This document shows, one piece after another, positions 18,101 through 33,100 of a DNA stretch of 64,000 nucleotides. Each line of letters opens with the position of its first letter. Within the stretch, counting starts at the first letter, position 1. Position numbers and translations under genes: made by a program. Source of the stretch: Verrucomicrobiota bacterium (GTDB taxonomy: Bacteria > Verrucomicrobiota > Verrucomicrobiia > Limisphaerales > SXQI01); contig JANRLX010000071.1 in the NCBI GenBank assembly GCA_033762115.1, positions 1 to 64,000 of the forward strand, written 5' to 3'. The notes beneath the pieces are model-generated. The model worked only from the letters and a program-made list of their open reading frames with translations. It had not been told where the DNA came from and searched no databases.

Positions 18101-21100
18101 CGCGAGGACGGCGTGGATCAATTCATGGACTTCAACACTGTCAATCAATGAGAGGCGAGGATCGCCGAGGCCATCGATGTGTTCAAAGGTGGCGTTATAC
18201 TCAATGAATTTGCCCTGGAGGGTCGAAACCATCTGCCAGATGGCGGCCTTGGTGCTGGCGGGCTCGATGCGGCCGAGGTTGGCTGTCAGAGTCGGAGTGA
18301 CGGGATCACCGCCCACCTGGGTACCGATGATTTTGAAGTCAATCAGGAGACCTTTTTTGTTTTCAATAATCTCCGGCTGAGCGGAAGTGATGCGGAAGTT
18401 GATGGCAGCACCTTTCCCGGTATTTTTGACAAGCAAACCGAGGGCGAATGGTTCGGCAGGTTCAATCTCGTCTGTAAACGGATCGTCCGAGTAAACATCA
18501 CGCTGCTGGAAGTAGATGAGGTTCAGGATTGGGTCTGGATAAACCGTGATGGTGTCAGCAATGAGAGGCACTTCGACCACATTTGTTCCTTCAGTGTATC
18601 TCAGAGTGCCGCCAATGCGGTAAATGGTGGGGCCATCAGGCGCTGCTTCACGGTTCGGGATGAAGGTGAACTGGGCGGAACCATCCGCACCGGCAGCGAG
18701 AACCCCGGTTCCATCAGTGGCGGAAATACCATCAAGCACCGGGCCGCGAACGGCGAAACGGCCATTGACTGAGTTTTGGTTTTCATCACGGATATCGAGG
18801 GTAAGCTGGATCCCGGTCAAAGGAGAATCGAGGTTTCCATTCTCCAATTCAAGTGTGCCGAGGAATGCCGCGCGTGTAATGACGGCTTCCTGTTCGATGC
18901 GAAGTCGGACACGGGCGCAAACGCCATCTGCGCGTGTTTCGGCCTGCTGTGAAAGGCTGGAGCCGCCGGAGATTTCGTCCCCGGGGTTGCAGTTCGGGCT
19001 GTAGTCCCAGTAGATGGGAGCACCAATCGGATAGTTAGGCGATCCACCCGCATAGCTGCCGCCACCGCCGATGCCGATTGGTGGAGGAGTATAGCCTGGG
19101 GCTGAGACAGGAAGGCTGGGCAGGTTCGGGCACCAGCATTGACCGAAGCCGGCTGCGGCGCCGACAGCGCCTGCAACATCACGTGTGGCAACGCCACAGG
19201 CCATCTTGACAATGGTGGCAAGACATTCATCGACGCAACTGGCCAGGACTCCGGCGATTTCGCAAAGCTGGTCTTTCCATTCGAGCAAATCCTTGGGGTT
19301 GCCGGTGGCTTTGTCCTCGAGGAGGTCCTTGATTTTATCCCAACAGCTTTCCTCAACGCAAACTGCCACGATGCTGAGGTCATTGACATGCCAGCGGCGG
19401 TCCGGTCCGCAGACAAAGGACCATTTCACCTGAAGTTTGGGATAGACCTGACAGCCGGTGAAGGTGGTCCCCCCCTGGCGGGTCAGCCGGGCGCCTGAAC
19501 GCATTTGCTCGAGGCTGACAAACTGAGCGGTCGGCTTGGCGCGGATGAGGATAGGAATTTTCAGACTACTCCTGGCAGGGAGCACATCGATCACCTCGAC
19601 AAGCGGGATGACTTCGAAGTCGGGATGATTCGGCACAACGACCGAAACCCGTTCGGCAGCGATCAAGCCGTGATTGCGGACGGTGATTTCCATCTGGGTA
19701 TCAAGCCCCTGGACGATCAGCGGCATGAGCAATGGATTATCGATAGTGACAACGGGAATGGGGACTTCGGCTTCGAAGACGGGTTCAAGGACTACCTTGT
19801 AATGGTCATCGATCTGAGTGGGAACAACGGTCCATCGATAGCTGACGGTTTGGCGGTCAATAAAGGTGGTGACCTCATTGGTGATTCCGGGGATGATTGT
19901 CACAGGAGCACGGTAGGTGTTGTGCTTCGTGGCATTGACCGTGAGCTGGTAGGTGTTTTCGAGAATGTTCGTGAAGAACACGATGCCGTTTGTATCGGAG
20001 AGACCGGAGGCGACTGTCTGACCGGTAAGGCCATCGGTAAGAGTGACTGAAGCACCTTCAACCCGTGGAGCGCCAGCCACATGGAAGGTGTAATCATCCG
20101 TCACTTCAACACGCAGGTCGCCGCGCGATTCAGAGAGGGCGCGGAAACGGAAAGCGACGTCAATGCTGTTACCGACGGTCGGGTCAACGACGATGCTTCC
20201 ATCATAGCGGGTCAACGGCATGTCCGCCGGAGGGTTCAAGGCGAGGACCACCCGGATGGAAGCACCCGGAGCGAGGTTCTGGTAACTGGATTCCGAGACG
20301 AGTGACATCCAGGGTACGTTGGGGGTGCGAACCTCGAGCGGTCCGCTTCCGGCACCGCCGGTATTGACGACTTCAAACTCCATCAATTTCTGGCGGCCAC
20401 GAGTCATCCCGCTTTCGAGGAACCCGGGAGTGGCAACGAGGTGAGCGCTGTGGGGCGCGACGGTAAGGTTCAGCGGCAGATAGGTGACGGCCGATTGTGC
20501 GCTGGTGATCTTGATCCGTGCGCGTATCCGCACTTCATTCGTGAATTCACCGGTGTTGATGGTGAACGGAACGGACAGGACGGCGAGGCTTTCCAGGGTG
20601 GTCGGCAGTTGGAATGCCATGAGGACATTTGATGGGAGCCCTTCGACAATTGCAGAGACGCCGGTGAGCGGGACGTCACCGATATTTCGCAGTTCCACCG
20701 TTCCGGCAAGCTCGGAAACCGGGAACATGCGATAGCTGATTTCGCTTTCAGTGAAACGCATTCCATAAATGTTGAACTGGTCCTGGACCGGGTCCTCGGT
20801 AACACCGGGATGATCGGCACCGATCCGGACGACCCCTGCTTCACCGGGAAGGGGCTGGAAGATTGTTTCGAAGTTGCCGGCAGCGTCAGTCCGAACTTCG
20901 ATCACGCGACGGGTCCCCTTGATATTCAGGCGAACTGAGACGAGGGCAAATGGCATGGCTTCGTCAGTACCGGAGCGGAAGGCGCGGCCTCGCAGGGTCA
21001 CGGGAGTCTGCATGGGGACACCCTGGACGTCTGTGGAGACAGTGGCTCGGTAGGCGGGACGAACATCAATGACCTGGCTGGAGATGAGCGTGTTATTGCG

Positions 21101-24100
21101 TTTGGATCCTTCAGACAATGCGCCATTTGCATCCGTGTGAACGACGAGGTAGTAGTTGCCCGGATTGAAAGGCAATGTCGCAGTCACTGTCCGGACGTAG
21201 GATTGACCCACATCCAGGCTCGCAGTGCGGAAATATTGGCCGATTGGCTGGAGAACGCTGCCATCAGGCGAGGTGGAGACATAAACTTTATCGACCCATG
21301 GGCCATTGGCGATGGACAAGCCGTCATTGGCGACTGTCCAGCTGATTTCGACTGCGGCGCCGCTGGCGGCATTGTTCGGGACGGTGATCTCGGTGACCCG
21401 AATGTCAGGAAGATCAAAATCGGTCACATTCACCGCGGCATTGCCAGAGGTGAAGCCGGTTGCGGAAGCAGTGACAGCAGCGCGCTGGACACCATCGGCG
21501 GCACCATCGGAAACACCAGTGATGGCAAAGGGTGCGGTGCGTTGACCGACAGGAATTGTCACGGTGTTCGGTACTGTGATCTCTGTCTGGTCTTCACTGG
21601 AGAGATTGACGATCAAGGCTGAGGTGGTGGCGGTGTTTCGTGACACCCGTCCAACGGTGGCGCCCCGTTCGCTGACGACGTCGTTATCGACGGTGATTTT
21701 TAGCGTAGGACCATCATCATCCGTGACGGTCAGGATGCCGTGGGCGTGGTTTTCCTCGATTCGGGTGCTGAAGAGTTCGTCCGCAGCGTAGGCATGGATT
21801 TGGACTTCCTCGGAGGGGTCCACAAGTTCGTCATCAATCACTGTCACCGGGAAGGTCACGGAAGCAACGTTTGGAGGAATGACGACGCTGAACGGCACTT
21901 TGGCGGCGAGTTCGTTTTCGCTGTGCAAGAGGATGGTCAAGGCGCGGTTGCTGACTGGCGAACGGGTAACAGTCGCTTCAGTAGCGGGGTTGCTTGCGCC
22001 TTCAGAAACGATGCTGTCAGCGAGCTCAAGGGAGAGCGCAGGGATGTCATCGTCAAGCAGCGTGAAGGTGTCGGGAGTATTCTGATAGCCGCTGGCATTG
22101 GCGGAAATGGTGACCCTCAATGGGCGGTTGGGTGCCGGGTTGTCCAGCAACGTGACGGCAAAATTGGCGCGGTCCTGACCGGCGCTGATATTCACTGTGG
22201 AAGGAACGGTGACACGGCTGGGCTCGCTGCTGATCAGGTTGACCACAAGGACTGATCCGGTGGAGGTGTTGCGGCGAACTGAGGCGGGAACAGTGCCGGT
22301 ATTTTCGCGAACATTGTCGCCATTGACTTCGATGACGAGAATGGCGGCGTCATCATCAATGACATTCAGGCTCTCTGAGACTGGTTCAACACCGGCGGCA
22401 GAGGCTGTGATTGAAACGGTCTTGTTTCCATCCAGCAGATCATCGTCCACGGTGTGAACAGGGAATGTCTGCGCGGAATTGTTGGCGGGAATTGTGATGG
22501 TTGGAGGAACTGTCAGTGAACCGGTATCACTGCTTGCCAGTGTGATCTCAAGAGCAGCAGCAGTTCCGCTGTTGCGAGTGATGGTGCCGAGGACAGCGTT
22601 GATCCCCGCCCCTTCCGAGATGCTTGACCGTGAGAAGGTAATGAAGAGGTTGGAGGGCAGGTTGATCGCACGGTCATCGATGCTGAAGTTGTTTGCTTCA
22701 TCATGCTCAAAGAGGGTGTTACCGGCATCAACACGAATGATCACCCAACGGTTACCTGTCCCGAAGCGGGGAAGCGTCACTGTTTCAGTCCGCACAATGG
22801 TCCCGTTTGTGGGAAGCGGACCGTTGTAATTGAAGGTGGCAAGGAGAGTGTCACCCCCGGCGGTATTGTCCTCTGAAAGGAAGACCTGTTCGCTCCAGGA
22901 CCCTGTGGCCACGCCGTTGCCGCGGTTGTGGATGGTCCATGTGATCTCGATGGTTTGGCCTGCGCGCCCGTTCAACGGTGCGGTGATGGATGTGACCGCA
23001 AGGTCCGGATAAGGGGAGAGTATCGAGTTTGCCGCAACAACGGTCGTGTTGTTGTTTTCGGCTGCGGTGTCCGGATCGAATTCGAAGATACCATTTCCGA
23101 AGTCAGTGACGACTTCGACCTGGATCTGGCCCACGCCACGATTTCCTTCCGGCAGGAAAACCTTTGCCTGACGGGCGATTGACTGGCCGGATTGCAGCGC
23201 GGCATTTCCCTGGGCTGAAGTGTCGTAAACCAAAACGTTGTTCAGGAGAATTTCACCTGTGGTGGCATTGCGGATTACGATGCGGTCACGCAACAAACCG
23301 GATGCCGGGGCGTCACCGCTGTTATAGGTCTCCCATGAGGCGGTGAGTTCGACGCCTGAATTGAGGGATGAAGGAGCGATGGCGAGATTTTGTGCCCGCA
23401 GGTCCGGATACAAACGCAATGTGGAATTCACAACCAGAGTGGCGCGGTTGTTCGATTCGGCGGTGTTTTGTTCATTGTCCTCAACAAGGTTATTGTAGAA
23501 ATCCGCAACTATCCGGACTTCGATCTCCCCTGCGCCGGCAGGCCCCTGGGCCAGCTCAATCGCGTGTGAAAGCGTGGCAACGCCGTTGACCAGCAGGTCG
23601 CCCCTTGCCTGCGCATCGAAACGGACAAATTCAGTGTCGAGCAACTGGCCGGTGGTGCGGTTGCTGATGATGATTTGATCGTACCAGGAGCCGCTGGTGG
23701 GGCCGACGCCGGTATTTGCATTCGTCCATGTCACCAGGAGGGTGGAGCCGGACTGGATTAATGCCGGTTCCACTCGAATGCCGCTCACGACCAGGTCAGG
23801 AGCAGGCAGGGTGGTGAAAGTCGCGCTGGCTGAAGCTCGGCTGTTGCCAGCCTGGTCTCGGGAATGGACCCTGAAATGGTAGAGCGTTTCCGGTATCAAT
23901 CCGCTGACAACCACGCGATGATTCCTGGTCAATGAAACGTTCACTGGTGTGTTTCTGCCGAAACCGGAATTCAGGCCGTATTCAACCTGGGAAGTGGCTG
24001 GTTCATCGGTTGTCCATGTGACGATGGCGGAGCCTGAGCTGCGCTCAACGACGATTCCGGTAATCAAAGGAGAGGTGGCATCAACCAGGAGATCGAGCGG

Positions 24101-27100
24101 GTTGACGGGTTGCATGACCGCACCTTCAGTGTCCTGGGCCAATGATACGTGGAGTTTATTGGTTCCATCCATGCCTGCGCCAATCACGATGGCAGTGGCA
24201 TGGAATGTGTCATTTGAAACGGCGGTGCTGCTCCATGTTCCTCCGGGAATGATGACCGGCTGGATTGAACCGGCCGCTGAGTTCGTCAATCGAAGGGCTG
24301 GAACAACGTTGGTGTCCATGGAACGATTGAATTGAAGGGCAAGCAGCAGGTTGGTGGTGCGCGGGATGGGGTTCTGGATATTGGCGCTGGCGACGATGAT
24401 TAAAGGATAACGGCTACGGCTGGTGTACTCGGCCGTGAGAAGCATGTTGGTGGGATCGGTGGTGGCGAACAGTTCCGTAAATGAATTGGTTGTTTGATAG
24501 AGCGAACCGTTCAAGAGGAACCTGTGGAAAGAAAAGATCGTCAGATTATTGGTGATTTTAGCAGGAGCAGACACCAGCACTGACTGCCCATTATTAAAGG
24601 TGCCTGAACCGGTCACGACAGCCAAACCTTCAGGTTCGGTTTCGGTCACGACATTATGGGTGAGGTGGGCAGGATCATAATTGGCCACCACAGTCCTGTT
24701 GCTCAACACAACGAAGCTCAGGGAGGCATCGACTCCGATGATGCTTCCATTGAGCGTCCAATTTTTGAATCTGTAGCCGAATGCAGGAACCGCGGTCAGG
24801 TGCGCGGTGGCCCCATGAGCATGGCTGCCAGCGCCTGTCACCGAACCACCACCCGCTGGATTGCTGTTAGCGGTGACTGTGTATGTGGGCAATGTGAAAT
24901 TCGCGACAAGCTGACGGTCGCGGCTCAGTTCGAATGAATAGGAAGGATTGGCGCTTTGGAAGATCCCGTTCTCTGTCCAATTCAAGAACTGGTAAGGTAA
25001 TTGAGCAGTATTCGGTGTGGCTGTGACATTGACTGTTGTGCCTTCGGTGAATTGGCCGGCACCAGAGACACTACCGCCTGAGCCAGGGTTGCTGGAAAGA
25101 ACCACGTTGTATTTTGCCAGAATACGGAAGGTTGTTTCAAAAAGGTTCTGCTCGGCACTGGCATGGCTGACCTCATTGAATTCATAGACGTTATCGAGTG
25201 AATCCGTTGTGACAGAGACCTCGTAAAGTCCCGGAGTTGTGGCGGTGACAATGGCGCTTTGCGGCGAGGTGCCATTGACAGCAAGACCTGCGGCCATGTT
25301 CCGCTCCACGTTCAGGAGAGTGCTGCCGGCGGTGACATTGCGGACGATGAGGCGTTCCTTGAACGCATTCGTGACCGGTGCGCTGCCGCGATTGGCGGTG
25401 TTCCAGTTGATTGTGAACTGGTTTGCAGAAGGACCGGTGACTGCCAAATCCTCGACTCGGAGATCAGGATATGGAGCGCGGGCGACACTGAAGGTTGCAA
25501 AAGAGACTGTGACGTTATCCCCTTCAAGCACAAACTCATTGACCGAATTGGCAAGGTCAGCCTGCACGATGAGGTAATAAACGCCGCTGATTCCATGCGG
25601 CAGCAGGAGCGGTTGGTTGATTTCGTAACTGCCGCCGGTCGGCAGGTTGCCGTTTCGCTGGAAGATGCCCAATTGGATGTCATCAGCGTCACCCAGAACA
25701 TTGTTTTGGGAAATTACAGCACGATCAGACCAGGCACCAGCGGTGGTCGGTTCCGATCCGACGTTGCTGATGGTGAATCGAACCTGAACGGATTGCCCGC
25801 TCTGAATGGAACTGCCGGTGGGAGTGGTCAGGCTGGTGACCTGGAGATTTGGGAAGGCCACGCTGCCGGTTGGGACCACCTGGATATCCAAGACATATTG
25901 GGAAGTGATTCCTGTCGTGTTGTCGGCACCTCGCACGACCGCATAGTAAACCCCGGTATTGGAAATGCGCACTTCTGCAACACCATCGAAAGGACGTCCG
26001 CTTCCGGCTTCAACCATGTATCCGTTGCTGGCGTCGTAAATGGATACGGTGGGTTCCAGGCCGCTGCTCGAAGGCAAGCGGGTGCCGAGGAAAACGGTTG
26101 AGCCATTCGTCAGGGTGCCAAGGCGGTAATAATCCAGATCGCCATTGAATCGAATGTTCCCGACGACAGAGGCACGCCTGCCGTTTCCATTCTCCACCAG
26201 GGTGACATTATTGGCCGAGGCGAGGCCGGGATTATCCTCGGCTTCCATTTCCAGACTGCCAGAGGCCAGGGAAACCCGGACCTGATATTCGCCCTGATAA
26301 TTCTGACTTGAACGAACAAGCAGAGTGTAGAGGCCGTCCTGAGCCAGTGTTGCCACTGCTGACTGCTGCCAGCCATAATGATCCCCGTAAAAATCCAGGA
26401 TCGCCTGCTGAGAGGGGTTCAGGATTGTGTAACGTAAACTCGAACCACCGGGAAAGCCGGGGTTCTGGACTGCAACCAGGAGTTTTTGGCCATTGGTTGC
26501 GCTGAAGCTGAAGTAATCGACATCTGTATTTGCGGACAAATTCCCTCTGGCGAATGCGGTGTGAAGCAGCGAAGGATCTTCGATCAACGTGAGTGGCGTT
26601 GCCAATGCTGCACTGTTGTTGCTACGGCTTTCGATGGTGAAATGGGGCAACGGTTCGACAACAAATTCCTGATCGAAGGCTTCCGCAAGGTTGTTGCCAA
26701 AACGGTCTGCGATGCCGGTGAGCGCGCGGAATCGATAATTTCCGGCCTGGAGGGGTCCATCAAGGACACGGACTGAGGCATCCAGACCTGAGCCGTAGGA
26801 GATTTGCAAAGTATAACTCTGATCGTCTTCGGTATAGAGTTCATTATCTGGGCCGACAGCGATCAACTCATAATTGTCCGGATCCGCCGCTGACAATCCC
26901 ATTTCCTCGGAGAAAGAGATGGTGAAACGATCGATCACAGCAGTGGTGGCATCGTTCTCCGGAAGGGAGATGCCGGAAATCAATGGAGCCTGGGCATCAC
27001 TGAGATCAATCTGCAAGCGGTACTGCGAAGCAATGCCAAATGGGCTGTTATCATTATAGATACGAATATAATAAATGCCTTCTCCACCGCCCGGAATGGT

Positions 27101-30100
27101 GTAATCGATATTCGTGGTGGAACCTGTTGCAGAGGCCACGACGGTGCCATTAGCTGTTTGCAATTCCAATCCGGCGGAAAGGTCGCTGGTGGACGGTTTT
27201 GTCCAGAAAGCCTGAACGCGGGTGCCAGGGGAGAGATTTCCCAGTGTTGAAAAATCAGCCGTCGTATCCCCGGCATGGAAATAACCCAGGATTGAAGCCC
27301 TCAGCTTATTCTCGATATTGGTGAACCGAGCTGTGTTCGCAGCGGCCCGAGTGTTGTTGGCCTCCGCTTCGAAACGTGTGGGAGGCTCGGCAATAGTCAG
27401 CCTGAAACGATACTCACCGGTATAGGCATCAGACTGGGTGATGCGAACGTAGTAGGTGCCCGTGTTCGGGATGAGAATGCCGTTGTTTCCTGCATCTGTG
27501 GTTTGGCCCTGGCCGTTATTTTGAGTATAGAAATAGAGAAGGCGTGGATATGAATTATCCAGTGAGGTGCTGGTGTAATAAATTTCGTAAAGGAGCTGGC
27601 TGTTGTTCACATTGCCGGGAGTTTCTGCCGCAAGTTCCAGCCGGTCGCCAGCCCTGGCGCTGAATTGCCACCAATCCACATCTCCGCTGGTTAGCTGACC
27701 ACGTCCCTGCGATTGGCGGATGCCATTTCCCAGGGAGGTGACACCTAGGAGATGAGAAGCTGTTCCAAAGAGAATGCGAACTGTGGAACTGTAATAATTC
27801 GCGGTGGCAATGTCAGGGCGACCATCCCCATTCAGGTCACCAATTGCAGAGGCAAGAGGCCCATTGGGATGAACCCATTGGTAGAAAGGTTCAAATGTGC
27901 CGTCACCATTTCCCAGCAGTGTCACCACACGGTCATTCCCAAAAGCCGGGATTAGCAAATCGATGCGACCATCGAGGTTGAGATCGCCGGAAATCATCTG
28001 GTATGGGTCGGCGGTTCCTGCTGCAACACTGGCTGATTGCGTGAATGTGGCATCACCATTTCCAAGCAGGACGGTGTAGGTGTTGTTGCCTGCGCTCAGG
28101 GTGGCGAGATCAGCGAAGGTGTCTCCGTCAAAGTCAGCAGAAACCAACCCGCGCAAGGTGCTTCCGATGACATTGGTTGAATGAACCTGCAATGAACCGT
28201 CCCCAGCGCCCAGGTAGAGGATCAGATTGCCGGCATTCGCATTCGCAACGGCGACATCGAGATGCTGGTCTGCATCGAAACGTCCTGCAGCCAGTGCAAA
28301 AGCGCCATCGCCAGCTGAAAAATTGACAGCGGCGGCGAAGCTGGTTCCGTTGTTCAAAAGGACGGAGATATTGTCACTGTTTTCATTGGCGGAGAGCAGG
28401 TCCAGCCGGGTGTCACCATTCAGATCAGCAGTAATGATGGAGCGAGGGTTGCCGCCAACCGGGTAGATTACAGGCGGCTGGAAAGTGCCGTCTCCATTTC
28501 CCAACAACACTGAAATGCTGGAGGCAAGGTAATTGCCGACCGCAATATCCAGCAGGTTGTCCTTGTTCAAATCTGCGACGAGAGTTGATCGAGGCGAGTT
28601 ACCGACAACAATGTTCGTGTAGTTCGTGAAAGCGCCTCCGCCCAAACCGAGGAATACCATGACCCGATTTTGCCCCAATGCAGATACGACGAAATCGTTG
28701 TGCTGATCTCCGTTGAAATTTCCAATGGCTATGCCGTAGGGGTTTGAATCGGTATTTAAGGGGTTGCTGACATCAAACGAGCCGTTCGGCTGTGTGATGA
28801 TGTTCGTGGAGAGAGAAGTTGAAAGAAGCGGAGAATTGTTGGTTCTGTTCTCAAGGATAAATCCTGCCAGTTCGGAGACCTGGAACTCACGAATGTAAGG
28901 GGCTGGCAATGGACTGCCTGAACGATCTGTGAATGCTGTGCTGATGGTAAACTTGTAGAAGCCTTCCTGTAACGGACCGTTGGAAATGAGATAGGAAGCC
29001 GACAAGCCGGTGACATAAGCTGATGCTGTGATGGAATAAAGTTGATCGTCAGGAGTATTGAAAGTTTCGTCCGCGCCCGCAGAACGAAGCTCAATATTGT
29101 TTGTGTTCATGACCGTCGCGGGGGCCATGTCCTCCGAAAAACCAATTGTGAAGGAAGGATGAACGAAGGTGACGGTGGAATCCTCGGCGGGCAGTGAAAC
29201 TGATGCGATGGAGGGAGGCGCTGTGTCTCCCAAATCAATGCTCAAGATATATTGAGCCATCAACCCAGGACCGGTGGAGCCGACCGGGCCCGCGGCGACC
29301 CAGTTTACGTTATTCGCGAGAGTTCCGGCGCGATTCTGCGCAGTGGCGTCAGCCACTGTTGTTCCTGTACCCTCTTCAAAATTCCAAAGACCAATCAAAC
29401 CGGGTTCAGTTCCTGTCAGGGTGGTGTTCAGGTTTGCCAGAATATCGGCTCCGGACAATGCCTTGTTCCAGACTCTGATATTATCGAGCAATCCAGGGAA
29501 ATAGTTCCCGCAGCAGACTTCGCCGCCAAAGCGGGTCCCGGCGGCGGTCGGATTGAAATCAGCAGCCACGGCAGCAGTTGCCTTGAGTTCCCCATTCACG
29601 TAGAGCCAGATATTGGTTCCATCCGAACTTGCGGCCACATGATGCCATGTATCCAGGGCGGGCAATTCCGGAGCGGTTAATGTCTCGGAACAAGCTCCGC
29701 CCAAAGGCCTGAAACTCACCGCAAAACGTCCACTGTTGAGCGCCAGCCCCCAGTCCTGGCAACTGGCGAAACTTCCTGCAATTCCGCGCCTTCCGCCGGG
29801 ATAAGCGGATGGTCGCACCCAGGCTTCCACAGTCCATTGTTTGCCAGGAGCCCATGCACCGGTATCGACATAACCATTTCCACCATCAAAACTAAGGTAC
29901 GGCCCTGGATCCCCTGCCCTGCTCGGGCCCACGGAATAAACTCGGGCAAAGTAAGCCCCTTCACCACCTTCAGGAACGATATATTCAAGTTGCGGGCCGG
30001 AGGGACTGGATTCTGCGAGAACTTCCCCGGTGCTGTTTAAAACCTGAATGACCGCAGACAACCCGCTGGAAACGGGATTGGTTTGCCCGAGCCGAATGGC

Positions 30101-33100
30101 AGTGCCAACAGATAAATTACCCAGCTGAAAATGGTCACCGGGATCGCCGTAGCCGATGTAACCCACCACGGTAGCTTTCTGGTGACCGGCTTCCAAAGAA
30201 TAATTGAGGGAGTTGGCGGTGCCATGTGAGTTATTGGCTTCGGTTTCAATCTGTTTGCCGCCCCCCGCCAGTGTGACCCTGAAACGATACTCGCCCAAAT
30301 AGTCATACCACTGGCTTACCCGGACGTAATAAGTCCCATCAAAAGGAACCACGAAAGGGCCTGATTGCCCATACCCAAAACTATTCGGATTATAAGTGAA
30401 GTGATGTCGAAAATCAGGGCCGTAAAGTGAATAGAAAAGGCCTGAATTGGATGGATATTCAGGGTTTTCCGCAGCAATCACCAACCGGTCGCCAGCCTTT
30501 GCGCTGAAGCTCCAGAAATCAACATCCGCCGTGGTCGTCAAATGCCCCCGGGCGGTGCCAGTCCGGACCAAGCTGGAAGCTGGATCCTCGGTAAGGAATT
30601 CTGAATCAGAACCGTAAAATATTCGTAATGTGGAACTGTTATAATGACCTGCGATGATATCTTTTCTGCCATCACGGTTGACGTCAGCAATGTCCACTGA
30701 ACCAGCGGTCGGGTTGATGTCATAGGCCCCGGATTGGATGAAGGTACCATCACCTTTTCCAAGCAACGTAATGATGGTTCCCTGCCCATAATTGGGAATG
30801 ATCACATCAAGCTTATTGTCCGCGTTTATATCACTCACTACTAACTGGTGCGGATCACTCAGGCCAATGGCAATCGTTGTCGCCGTCTGGAAGGTTCCAT
30901 CCCCATTGCCAAGCAACACGCTGTAATTGCCGGCGGCATTTACAGTGACAACGTCCAGTTCGGAATCGCCGTTGAAATCGGCCAGGCGCAAAGCGCGAGG
31001 ATTGGAGCCAACAGTGTAAGTCACCTGTGTGGCGAAAGTGCCATTTCCATTGTTCATCAGGACGCTGATTGTGGTGGCACTCTGGTTTGCAACCACGAGA
31101 TCAGGGGCGCTGTCTGAATTCAAATTTCCAGCCTGGACGTAATAGGGGTTATTTCCGACTGTGTAGTTGGTTTTGCTGCGGAAGGTGCCATCCCCATTTC
31201 CGAACAAAATGCTGACGGTATTCGGTCCATAATTTGCCGTGACAATGTCAGGGATGTCATCCCCGTTGAAATCATCTGTCACCACCATGCGCGGGTTATT
31301 ATCCACGGCAAAATTGGTGGCGGTGCCAAAGGTTCCATTTCCAGTTCCAAGGAGCACGCTGACATTGTGTGTGCTGTAATTGGCCACGACGGCATCGAGA
31401 AGGTTGTCGTCATTGACATCGACCAATGAAGCCGCAATTGGATTCACTCCAACGGTATAATTGGTTGGCGGGTGGAAGGTGCCACCTGCCTGCCCCATCA
31501 GGACGGAAAGGCTATTATTAGGCCAGTTGGCGATGACGAGATCGACGAAGAGATCGTTGTTCAGCGAGGTGGCCAGAATGTGCCACGGCTGGCCTCCGGA
31601 AGGAATAGTTTGCGATCCCGGCAAGAATGAGCCATCAGGGGTGGCGCCTGCTGAAAGGCTTAATGACGTTGCCAGGCTGAAATCATTGTTAGAACGATTT
31701 TCCAGGACGTATCCCTCTACAGCGGCCACGGTAAACTCCTGTTGCACCAATGTGCTGTAGCGAATGCCGCTGCGGTTGAGCAGATCACCAGGAATGGTAA
31801 ACCGATATTTTCCAGGACGCAGGGGTCCGTCGACTATATTAAAGGTGGCGGACAACCCGCTGCTATAACCTTCGGAACGAATGGTGTAGAAGACATCGTC
31901 TGAATTGCCAAAGGTATTATTAGGACCGGCGGAACGCAGCTCGTAAAAGGAGCCGTTGGTGACGGTGGTCCGGAGCATGTCTTCGGAGAAGCCAATCGTA
32001 AAGTAAGGGGAAACATAAGTATTGGTGGTGCCTGAAGGGAGCGAGATTCCCGTAATCAAAGGAGCAGAGGTATCGGTCAGGGTAATACTCATGGAATAAT
32101 GCCCGGCGAGGCCTGCGCCGCTATCCGCACGGACCCGAGCGTAAATGTATCCGGATTGCCCACCCGGGAAGGAATGGGAGAGATTGGTTATCCCCGCTGC
32201 TGCCGAGGCAATCACCGCTCCTTGCTGATCGAGGATTTCAAGAATCGGTGAAAGGTCGCTGGTGGCCGGGATATTAATTTCCAGGTTTAGAGTTGCGGTG
32301 CCGCTTAAATATCCAAGGCCGAATGTATCCTGGCCATCCAGGGAGCCAATATATCCAGCCACGGTCGCCTTCAAGGCACCTGCATCAAGCACCAATGAAG
32401 GGACATTTGCGTTGCCATGAGCGTTGTTGTTCTCGGTCTCGATCTGAGCGTCCGGGTTCACGAGGGAGACGCGGAAACGATATTCAGCAAACCAATCATA
32501 CCAATGTGAAACCTGAACATAGTAGGTGCCGGTTTGTGGGAGGATGAAAGGAACTATCTGGCCAAAGCCCCGGTAATCTGAATGGAATCCCACAATCGAT
32601 GTTCCATCCGCACGCAGCAGATCGTAACGCAGACCGGAGTTAACCGGGTTGCCGGGAACTTCGCTGGCGAGCATGACTCGATCACCTGCTTCGCCAGTAA
32701 AAGAGTAAATATCCAGATCGGCTGAGCTGGTCAGGGCCCCTCGACCGAACACGGTGCGAAAATTGGCCGCATCAGGAGTAAGGAATTTCTGTTTATTGCC
32801 GAGCCAGATTTTTACGTGATGCTGATCATATCCGGCAGTGGCCAAATCCAAAATTCCATCTGTGTTGTAATCAGCAACAGCGATGGCAATGGGGGCGCCT
32901 GGAGCACTGTAACGCTGGGAGGATTGGAAGGAGCCATCGGCGGTGCCGTGGAGGATGATCAATTCGCTGCCGCCATAGTTTGCCAGCGCAGCGTCCAGCC
33001 GCGTATCTCCATTAAAATCGGCAAGCTGAACATGGTAACTGTCAAAGTTGCCCAGCGGAAAAGTTTGGTAATTCGTGAAGGTGCCGTTTCCAGCGCCACG

